Notes under the pieces: generated by a model
Database searches by the model: none
Told to the model about the DNA's origin: nothing
The model's input: only the letters and a program-made list of their open reading frames with translations
Shown: one piece after another, positions 53,930-64,000 of the stretch
How the letters are laid out: the number at the start of each line of letters is the position of its first letter
Numbering within the stretch: position 1 is the stretch's first letter
Origin: Vicugna vicugna
Taxonomy: Eukaryota
DNA: 64,000 nucleotides
Assembly (NCBI GenBank): GCA_013265495.1
Contig: MU057487.1
Span: 620,001-684,000, forward strand
Direction: 5' to 3'
Translations under genes and position numbers: made by a program

Positions 53930-54220
53930 AAATATTTTGTATGGAAATACTTTGGGCCATGCAAATATCTCATTCCTTAACCTACTTTATCTACTAGATT
54001 TATCATTTATTGAATTAATTATTTCTATCATGGGTCTAAGGGATGGATTTCAAATTGCATATTTTGTTCTGTATTTATTATTTGGTATTCATTTGTAAAG
54101 AATAGTTTCTCTTATCCCTAAATATTTATTTACATTCATTCAACAGTTTATAACCCATCAATATGATTATTCTGATGCTCAAATTTTCCCGAATTTGGAC
54201 AGTGGGGAGCCCCTTCAGGA
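53930..54220 (-). mobile_element. L1MC4/5-like 3' fragment, antisense
   Basis: tactttgggccatgcaaatatc...tgatgctcaaattttcccgaatttggacagtggggagccccttca. Confidence 0.6.
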
Positions 54221-56724
54221 ATAGATGAGACCCACCTGAGGAAGCCAGTGTTAGATAGTGTCATCTCTTCCTTTACAAGTCAGTTTCTGAAGCTGATGAT
54301 TTGGGGGCAAAGTTCAGGAGTCTGCACTTTTGACAAAAGCCCCAACTGATTCTATTCAAATCACACTAAGAAAAACTGAAATATGCTTCTATGTCCTTGA
54401 TTTCAAGTCTTAAGAGAGAATTTTATTCTCCAATGTCACTATTAGAGTACTTTTTCTGAGCACTGCAGACACTAAATGCATTATGTGTTTTAAAAGGAGC
54501 TGAGATGCAATCTTGATCATGTATTGACCTTCTGGGATGCAAATTAACAGAGTGTTTTTTTCTCTCTCTAATGTATGCCACTTAGATACTTTTTTACATT
54601 CTTCCAGAGAACTCTTCATTATCTATGCACTTTGCAGCTGAATCTAAAATGAAACTTCCTGTCTCTAAGAAATTTGGACATACTGTTACTCTTGACTTGA
54701 AAGAAGTAATAGGCAACCTTCTAGGATCACAGGATTATTAAAGCATGACAGCAAATCCAATGGGCTCCATAAGTACTGATACCTAGAGAACAATTATAAA
54801 TACCCTACTGTTTTATGCTATGTACAGGACTAGAAAAATGCAGATTTATTTGGCACAATTTTCTTTTCCACGTATTCTGGGTCGTATTAACAGATTATAT
54901 CCTTTTCTGCAACTGGATTGCTTTCTATGCTTTGTAACTGGGTAACCACATGAGGAAAAGAAAAAATTCTTTCCACCAATCAAACCATTTGTTGAATTAA
55001 AAACTGAGAGAGTTGTGAAAGTTACATATAAATTGCATACTCTTTTTGGCCAAGAAGAGGTACAGTGGTTGTGTTTGAAGAAAAATAAGAAGAGAAAACT
55101 GGCCTGTTTGTGTCCATGATGTCTGCAGGCCTGAACGCATCAGTTGGTGAGGGGAGATGCTGCACACCTTCCCGCAGGAGCATTCACCCTGGATGGAGGG
55201 TGGGAGGGGAAGGTCTTCAGCCACAGGGACTCACTGCATCTGATTTTTACATCTGATACCAGCACTTGTCTGCTCCACTTCACTTACTGACCTTTACATT
55301 TTGCCACTATATTTTATATCCTCTTGTCTTTTCTCAAGCCTCTTCTTTTCCTCTTTTCCAATCCTGGCATTTGCATGTTGAGGTTTATAACAGAGCCCCA
55401 GGGCCCGGAATCCGTGGGCTGTATTTTTGAAGGAGGATGTCCATTTGGTAGGAGGAGTTTGAAGCCCACTCCCCTACACTGAGTTACAGAAACGAAAGAA
55501 AGGACATGTCAGATGAAATCTCTCCCTCCTACTCTGAAAGCAAAAATGGGGGAAAAAGTTAGACCCATGTGGTGAAAGGAAGAATTTCTCTTAAGTCTAT
55601 CACAATAGCAAAGGGGGAAATGAACCATTTATTCACCAGTGACAGCCACTCCAAAACAGATTCACATGGTCTATCTCTATCACTTCCCCCCAAATACTGA
55701 CTACTTGCACAGTATTGATGGGATGCAGGATTTTTAATGTCAATCAGTACCAATGCAGAGTGGAGCTGAGAGATGAGCAGCTTTTAATCAACAAAGCTTA
55801 CTCCTCTGGATGGTCTGTTCTCCTGTAGGCTTCTCTGCATTAGTAGCTATTGTTTCAGAGTCCAGTTGTTCCTGAAATTCTCTGCCTATGTAAATACATG
55901 TTTATCTTCAGTCATCAATTTATTCAGTAGAGTGTTGTATACACATGATTACCAAGTGAGTGTTTTTAATCAATGCTCACAAAAGTAGCAGAATTTGGCT
56001 CCAAGTAGTGGCAATGTTCTCAAGAGGGGAATGTGCTTATATTAAGACAGTTCATTAAGAACAATGTGGGCCAAGCACTCTTTCAAACTTGAGTTTACCT
56101 ATTCAGCCCCGACAGCCAGCCTAGCTGGTAGTCAGTGATGAAGAGAGAAAGAATCTAGGTTACACTAGTCTCAACTCTGCCAACTTGTTTTTCATAAACC
56201 AGCTATGCCACTGGCATTCCTCAGAGGAATTAGCAACGTAATTGCCATTTAATTACAGTGATCTCTTAGATCAATTTTTACTTCAGGAATTATGCTGGAA
56301 AATGTGCCTTCGGAGTCTTATTTCTCTCTACACATCTAGAAAATTTCCCTCTGCTGTCGTAAAATGAATATTTCATAGGGAAGATCGACTCAGGCTGTTT
56401 GACAATATCAGAGAAGTCAGAGCTGTCTAGATGCCTTTTAACTGATGTTTCTAGAAATGGAAACATTCACAAAACAAGGTGGCTGGGAGAAATTTACAGG
56501 AAGTTGCTCACCGTGAAAGAGAGGAAGAGGAAATACTTAATGCTCATATTCAGTGAACAAGGAAAGACAGGCTTGTGTCTTGAGGGAACAGAGGGGTCAG
56601 TTTCTTATCTTGCCCACCCCTGATCCCAGATCATATTGGACAGACCACATCTGAATCAATTCAAAGACAGTTTCTCATCGTGGATTTGGACAGGATTTCC
56701 GTAATGAAAGGAAGTGTCGTTAAA

Positions 56725-56885
56725 GTCAGCCTCGCCACATACTTGCTCTGTAACCTCGGGCAAACTTTGTGATATCCTCGTATGTCAGGTTCGTCATCTG
56801 TAAAATGGGAATAATCCTAGTACTCACAGAAAAAAAGCTTGTTGTGAGAATTAAAGGGAAGAATGTGCATAAGGCTCAGACTCTC
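56725..56885 (+). mobile_element. MIR SINE
   Basis: ctgtaacctcgggcaa...tcatctgtaaaatgggaataat...gttgtgagaattaaa. Confidence 0.8.
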
Positions 56886-58477
56886 ACTCAGGCTTTTACT
56901 TTTTTGGTTGATTGTTTTTTAGTGGAAATAAATATAAATTAACTTGTTTTAACAACCTGCTTTAATATTTAGGCTTAGTCTTATAACTGTCAGTTGTATC
57001 ACGGAGTCAGTTATTCTTTTGCTCCTGATGAAAAGTAATTTCTGCTAGCAGTTTGACTTTTTCTATCAGTTCTTTTTCTACTGATTTGTTTAGGAAATCA
57101 GAATTGATATATTTGATTTTAACTTGACAATTTATTTTACAGAGCAACACTATGTTTTTGGTACCTGTGTGAGAAGGCAGGTAGGGAAATTAACTTTTAT
57201 TGAATACCCTTAACACCCACTGCATGTCCACGCGGTAGAGGCAAAATCTCCACTTACAGAGAGAAAAGCCTAGATTCAGGGAGGTAAAAATAACATTTTT
57301 AACATGTGGATGATTTTCTAAACCCTTCAATTATAAGAACCTTTTCAAAGGTATAAAAATATCACAGATCACCTCATAATAACAGTCAAGAGTACTGTAT
57401 TTACCGACTGAGGAAATAATAATTGAATATAAATGTGTAGTATATAAACCACAATTGGGCCAAAATAAAAATGAAAGAAGTAGGTTGATTATTTTTATTC
57501 AGCCTGTAAATAAATGGTGGCGCGTAGATTCATCTGCATCTGAATTCTTGCAGTAACTCCATGGACTTAATTGACAGTCGGAGCAATCACACAGCGTATA
57601 ATCCTTTTTTCACTGATGATGTAACATGTTCCATGGCAGTTTTAAGCATTTTTAGGTATTTGATATTTTTTTCACTGTTTCACTTAGATTAGTTTACTAA
57701 AAATATGATACTTATAGAAATTAGGTTTAATAAATATTAATTTTGATGGGCATTTTTACTGTTATTAAAAATAAGGACATGTTATTAAAAATAAGGACTT
57801 GCTTACTCATCTAGAATATGTGTGTTTTAGGGAAAAATTTTTGTGGAGTCCCACATTAATAACTTACTTTTGTAAGCAATGAGGAACAATTTTAGAACCA
57901 ACAATAGTCAGAAAGTTGTTTTGTTTTGTTTTAAAGAAAACGCCTTTATATTCTAACCATGGAAATATTAGGGACTAAGTAGTTATCACCAACACCAACT
58001 GAGAAATCAGCAACCCTCTGCTAATGAGTTCCTTTTGAAGAACTGGAAATCGCATCCTCTCTGACTCTCTTAGAAACCCTCTCTTAATACCACTCTTGAG
58101 AGGGATGGCCTCTGTCTTTATTACCTAAAGTGACTGATAGTGAAGCCTTTCAGACACCACCTCCTCTTTTTTGTTGTTTGCTGGCTTGGAGCAAGTAGGC
58201 AAAAACAGAATTATGGTAAAAGAAATAGAGGCTGTTAAACTTCTTTTACTTTTGTTCTTTCCATTTTTGTAATTTATGCAAATAGAATATAAGAAACAGA
58301 ATATAATAAGACTTACTGTACCATGCTTTCTGAAAAGCAGTTTACAAAATCCATATGTTCAGAGAACAAGGCAGTATTGTCTCATGGAAAATGGCCATGT
58401 ACCTATCTTGACATATATAAAGTAGAGTAGGCTTCCAAAATATTGTATAATTTACTCAACTGAAAAACGAACTGTTT

Positions 58478-60205
58478 CTTTTTTTGTGAAGAGTTTGCCA
58501 CCAGAACACCAGTGTCATAAAAAACATTACTAAATATGAGCCCAAATGGGATAAGACTCCTATTGTTATCATTGGCTACTGATCACTGGCCATTTGATCT
58601 ACAAATGTTGTAAAATCAATAAAATAACTATCAAAAAATTAGAATGCAGCTGCTGAGATGAGAAAAGTCTCCTTCAAGTATGCCTGGGTCTTGGAAAAAC
58701 TTAAAGCTGAGTGAGAATATGATGTCAACACTGATATTTCCTTGTGGAAATTTGAGATCAGCAAGTATTATGTGACCATCATTGATGGCTTAGTTACACA
58801 GAGATTTTATCAAAAACATGATCACAGGCACATCTCAGGCTGGCACTGTTGCCACTGATGTTTCTGAATTTGAAGCTGGTATCTCCAAGAATGTGTAGAC
58901 CCATCAGTATGCCCTACTGGCTTACATGCTAGGTTTGAACCAACTAATTGTTGATGTTAAGACAATAGATTCTACCCAGCCATCCTACAGCTAGAAGAGA
59001 TATGAGGAAGTCAGCATCCACGTTAAGAAAAGTGGTTATACCCTCCTACCCTGTTGAGGGGATGTAATTTGGTGCAGCCATTATGGAAAACAGTATGGAG
59101 TTCCTTAAGAAACTAAAAATAGAGTTACCATATGATCCTGGGCATATATCTGGAGAACACTGTAATTTGAAAAGATACATGCACCCCTGGTAATTCACCA
59201 TAAGGATGGTAATATCAGTGGAACTACATTGCTCAAAGCTCTGTATTGCATCCTGCCAAAAACTCATTCAACTGACAAGCCCTTTGTCTGTCCTTCCAGG
59301 TTGTCTACAAAACTGGTGGTATGAGCATAATTGCTGTGAGCTGAGTTGAGACTAGACTGGGCATGGTGACCACCTTTGCCCAAGTCATCATTACAACTAA
59401 GTAAAGTTTGTTGAAATGCATTTTGAAGCTTTGATGGCTCTACCTGGGGACAATATGGGCTTCAATGTCAAAAATATGTCTATCAAAGACATTTATTGTG
59501 ACAATGTGGCTACTGACAGTGAAAATGATTTACTAATGGAAGCAGCTGACTTCACTGCTCAGGTGATTATCCTGAACCATCCAGGCCAAGTCAGTGCTGG
59601 CCATGCACCTGAGCTGCTTTCATTACTTGTAAGTCTGCCAGGCAGAAGACGATTGATTGCTTTTCTGGTTAAGAAGCTGGAAGATGGCCCACATTTTTGA
59701 AATTCAGTGATGCTGCCATCATTAAGATGGTTCATGACACAATTATGCGTGTGGAGGGTCTCTCTGATTCCCCACCTCTGGGGCGTTTTGCTGTTCATGA
59801 TGTGAAGCAAACAGTTGCTCTGAACATCATCATGACAGTGGGCAAGAAGGCTGCTGGAGCTGGCAAGGTCACCAAATCTGCTCAGAAAAATCAGATGGCT
59901 AAGTGGATATTATCTAGGACTCTGCACTGTCTTAATTGGTTGTGGAAGAATAGCTCAGAACTGTTTGTCTCATTTGTCCATTTACATTAAATAGTAAAAG
60001 ACTGGTGAATGATATAAATGCACTGTGAAGCCTTCAGAAGAAAATGAATGTTTTGTGAACCATTTTTTGGTGCGGTAGTTTTAAGCAGTTAGATTTTAAG
60101 ATCAGTGCATCTAATGGAAGTCTCTTGACCAAAATCTGTCGTAGAATTTTGACACCCATTAACACAAAGTTTAATAATAAACCTGTATCTCCTTTTGGTT
60201 AACAC
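58478..60205 (+). pseudogene. EEF1A1: Processed (intronless) pseudogene of EEF1A1, full length, heavily decayed
   Basis: Starts with a 5'TOP-like ctttttt...tttgccaccagaacac. ATG at 58546. Recognisable blocks include [63 protein letters not shown] and [15 protein letters not shown]. Multiple stops, frameshifts and deletions are present, the ancestral stop is now TGG (59904-59906), and the 3' UTR is retained with no introns. Confidence 0.95.
59041..59187 (+). mobile_element. Internal L1 ORF2 3' fragment embedded in the EEF1A1 pseudogene
   Basis: ccctcctac...ggtgcagccattatggaaaacagtatggag...aaactaaaaatagagttaccatatgatcc...aaagatacatgcacccc is typical L1 ORF2 C-terminal sequence. Confidence 0.9.
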
Positions 60206-60835
60206 AAAAACTTCCCATAAAATTGCTTAGGAAAAAGACTTAAGGGAAAAAGTTGCCAGTGATCTATAATTGGTGTTCCATTTGCTAAAACTTGATTAAT
60301 TTATTTCAGAATTCACTGATCATTTTCACGGCATGGGTTGAAGTGGCTTTTTATAATTTTCACCTATATCCAATAGAAAGGATTATCTCTTACGTTGATT
60401 TCAATACACAGTGAAATGTCATAGATGTGATCTACCATTTATAATACTTCATATTACTTAGGATAGAAAAGCAAAAAGTAACTTGTAATGTTATGTAGGT
60501 TACCTTATACAAAAGCCCAAATTCTGCAATATTAAAACTCATATGTTACATGGAGTATTTAACTTTATGCCATTCTGTTAATACTGAGAAGACTTGTTGA
60601 TGCAACCTCTTAAACTTAGTTTCCCTGTTTTTGAACACATTCTCACATTTGCAAATAACACAGTGAAGTTTGTTAAAACCAAAGACTCTGAATTACTGGG
60701 AGAGTGGAATGCTGAGCAAAGACTGTAGATGTCATTACTTGTAGAGAAGACATTGGTGTCTGGCGTAACCAGAACAGAGAGAATATGGAGCACACTATGG
60801 AGTTTCAAATGAGACTCTAAAAACTGTATACATAC

Positions 60836-60948
60836 GGGGGGAGGGTATAGCTCAGTGGCAGAGCGCATGCTTAGCATGCACAAAATCCTGAGTTCAATCC
60901 CCAGTACCTTCATTAAAATAAATAAATAAACCTAATTACCCCCCCAAA
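60836..60948 (+). mobile_element. tRNA-Ala-derived SINE (camelid vic-1-like)
   Basis: ggggagggtatagctcagtggcagagcgcatgcttagcatgcac...gagttcaatccccagtacc plus tail aaataaataaacctaattaccccccc. Confidence 0.88.
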
Positions 60949-61229
60949 TAGTATAGTTGGACAAAAAGTATGTATATAAAGTAAAATTCAGATCCTAGAA
61001 CAGAGGCATAAGTAAAATAGACATGCCCCCCAAAAGCCTAAAATCAGGCATCCAGAGTGGCAAACAAAGTAATATACTAGTAGTTAAACGGCCAAAGGAA
61101 TAAAATTTAACACTCTTTGGAAAAGAATAACTTAATCTATAAACTTTAAACTTTAGTTCATATGCAATTTCCAGCATACAATAATTGTCAGCTACTAAAG
61201 TTGCAGGAAAGATAACTGATAGTAAAGAA

Positions 61230-62340
61230 ATACACATTAGCAGAAGCAGACCCAGAGACCATCACAGTATTGGAATTAACTGACAAGGACTTCAAAATAA
61301 CTATGATTAGTATCTTAAGAAAACAGAGAAAAAGATTAAGAATTTCAACACTAAATCAATGGGTACTCTAGAAGTGGAAATATGTTATCTGCAATTCAGT
61401 GCCAAGTGGATAGTTTTAAACTTACAAAGGACACAGCAGGAAACAGGATTAGTAAACTCCAAACAAATTAATAAAAAACATAAAAACTATGCACAACAGA
61501 GAAAAAAATAAACAGAAAAGAACATAAAAATTATGTGTAACTGAAGTCACATAAGGAAAGGAGAGAGAGAACAAAACAGAATCAGCATTTGAGAAAGTAA
61601 AGGCAAAACATTTTTCACGTCTGGTGAATGACATGGTCCCATTAATCCAAGAAACTCAGTGTTCACCAAGTAGGGTAAAAACAAAGAGAAATTCAGCTGG
61701 ATATATCGGAGTGGAAATGTTAAAGAAACAAAAAGAAGGGAGAGAGAGAGAAATGGAACACATGGCAAACAAATAATAGGACAGTAGATTTAATCCCAAC
61801 CATATCAGTATTTAAATTACAATTGTCTAAATGTTACAATTAAAAGAGAAAGATTTTCAGGCTGAACAAAACATGCAATATAAATATAAGGACATATAAA
61901 ACTTAAAATTGTAAAAAAACCCAGTAAAACATAGGGCATGCAAACACTGATCATATTAAAGTTGGTTAATATTATCACACAAAGTACTTTTCAGGTCATA
62001 CGTATGGCTAAGGAAGGACCTGTGTGCATCATGTATAACCACATAAAGCGGGTAATTCAGTAGAAAAAAAATGGCAAAAGGCTTTTAACAGGCATTTTAC
62101 TTTTGTTGCCCACTTGGCCACTAAATACAGGAAAAAGTATTCAACTTTACTTGTCATCATGGAAATGTGCATTAAAACCACAAAGCACTATCACTGCATA
62201 TCTACCAGAACGCCTAAGATGAGAATGTCTGATGAAACCAATTAGGGCAAAGATATTGAGAAACTGGAACTCTCTTAAACATGTAAGATGATGAAAGAAG
62301 GAAAATGGAAAAAGAGCTGGAAGGCGTATCTACTTGAGCC
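61230..62340 (+). mobile_element. Ancient L1 (L1M5/ME-type) fragments, ORF1 to ORF2 3' remnants
   Basis: tattggaattaactgacaaggacttcaaaataactatg, gtagatttaatcccaaccatatcagta and gaaatgtgcattaaaaccacaa...gagaaactggaactctc. Confidence 0.65.
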
Positions 62341-64000
62341 ACACCTGGCTAAGCCTCTCAGTGGTTCTGAATTAAAACTAGCATTATGCTGGAGGGTTTC
62401 TTTTTTATAAGAACCTGAATTCTGTTTAAGAAAAAAAAAATACACACATATTTGAATATATTCAAATATATTTAGATACATATTTAAATATATATGTATT
62501 TGTTAATGTGTGTATAGATATATATTTGAGATAAATGTTTAGTAACTTTATTTTGTTCTTGTCATATAGTGAGTATGTTTGTTCTCAAATCACAATTCCC
62601 TGTCATCATGTATCCTATGGTAAATAATTCCCTCAATATTGCTAAATAAACTTGTTAGATGTGGGTGCCCCAAATATGTGGGCCAAAATGCCTCACACCT
62701 TACACTGTGTGCTTGAGTAAGCCCTGCTCCTCTCTAGAAGTGTGGATACTTTAGAGATGTCAACCTCAAAAACATGGAAACAGGGTCATACCTCTTAAGT
62801 GAAGAGAGATTCTGTAGTTGGGAAAGCATGATATTTTGGCATCACAAAAAATAGAGTTTAGTACACTATTTTCTCATTTCAATGCTAAACTCATTTAAAT
62901 TTCGAATGAGTAGAATCTTCTCAAATCCTCTAAGATTCTGGGGACATCTTTTTCCCCTAATAGCCAATAAAATTATTTGTTACTTCCTCTCAACTTTTGT
63001 GAAAACTCTAACATGCTTTGTAAAATTTCCAGACCTTCAGAAAGTCCTTACATTCTTCCAGACACTTGAAACTTTTATACTTGTCCTGGCTGAGTCTTTG
63101 GTGAGCCCCTTCCCACTTCACTCCCCTGCTGTCCTCTATTTGAGTGGCTTTGTTCCAGACCATTCATTCAGCCTCTCCCCCTTTTCCCAAGTCACTGCCA
63201 ACTTCAATTCTACTGGATGTTTGGTAGTAGCATGGCATAGAAAGTTATTTAAAAAGAAGTATTAGACATCAGTGTTCAGAAAGAGTAGCTTGGTGTCTCT
63301 AGTCATTGTCCTTAGGCCTGATTTTCTGCTGTACTGTTGGTGATCTTCTTTCTCCCAAGACCACTCTACAATCTTCCAAAGCTTTTCTAACAGACAAAAT
63401 TCAACCCCCAAATACTTGTTACTCTGTCATACAGAGCAATGAACAGCATTTGTCTTCTTATTCCTATTCATCTTGAACAGTCCTGACCAACAGGTGCCTC
63501 CAAACACGTCAGCCTCTGCAGGACACACATACTTGCGCTTGCCAATCTAGCACCACAGTTTATTCACAGGCAAGTAAATCAGGGCTTCTGCTTTCCCGGA
63601 TCTCACACACCTTGGGAGAAATATATAAAAAAGCAATTCCACTTCTTTGGAAGAGGAGAGAATAGGGAGACAAAGAAAGGTTCCCAGAGCTGAGTCTTAA
63701 AAGAACTGCTAAAGGTCATCAATAGGTAAGTGGGATTTTAGCAAGGGAATTCAGAGAGAGACAATGATGTAAGAAAGTCCCCTTGTTGTCAAAGACCATG
63801 ACATGTGCCGAACATAAATAGGAATCTGGGGTTGCTGGGAAACAGAAAGTTTATGTGTGTGCGTGAGTGTGTGATTTATGAGAGCTGAGTAAAGATATCC
63901 AAGCAGGCACCCCGAAATAAGGGCTGGAGCTCGAAAGAAAGATGCAGACTGAAGGTTATCTTCTGAAAAACAGAGCTTTCTAAGGACAAAATCAATCATC

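Noticed and set aside
59416..59990. EF1A-like ORFs as a functional gene
   Set aside because: These are fragments of a retrocopy with stops, frameshifts, a deleted GTP-binding P-loop region and an L1 patch.
60836..60912. tRNA-Ala(AGC) genes here and at 5374, 32700 and 51985
   Set aside because: Shared SINE tail, TSDs on two copies and stem-disrupting substitutions show these are SINE copies.
1..64000. CRISPR arrays, operons or other prokaryotic or novel multi-gene systems
   Set aside because: The sequence is mammalian intron/intergenic DNA, with no regularly spaced repeats or gene clusters seen.

Overview
Mammalian genomic DNA, probably camelid. The species call is inferred from four copies of a tRNA-Ala-derived SINE resembling the camelid vic-1 family. 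The window holds the 3' end of GRM1 (metabotropic glutamate receptor 1) on the + strand: the 85-nt cassette exon that makes mGlu1b (14654-14738), the terminal exon encoding the long mGlu1a tail (21761-22688, Homer motif TPPSPF, PDZ ligand SSTL), an internal acceptor giving mGlu1d, and a ~2.75 kb 3' UTR ending near 25445. The upstream 7TM-coding exon lies outside the window. Downstream is repeat-rich intergenic DNA (L1, L2, MIR, MLT/LTR16/MER34-like/MER41-like LTRs, hAT MITEs), a GC-box/ETS-rich promoter-like element at ~34.2-34.8 kb, and a full-length decayed EEF1A1 retrocopy (58478-~60205) patched with an internal L1 fragment. I found no convincing novel protein-coding system. The most interesting signals are two MER41-like ERV pieces that end in poly(A) as if L1-retroposed, the non-classical L1 patch, the orphan promoter-like element and a possible unannotated GRM1 acceptor. 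Repeat family names are from recalled consensus similarity, not database searches, and many repeat boundaries are approximate.
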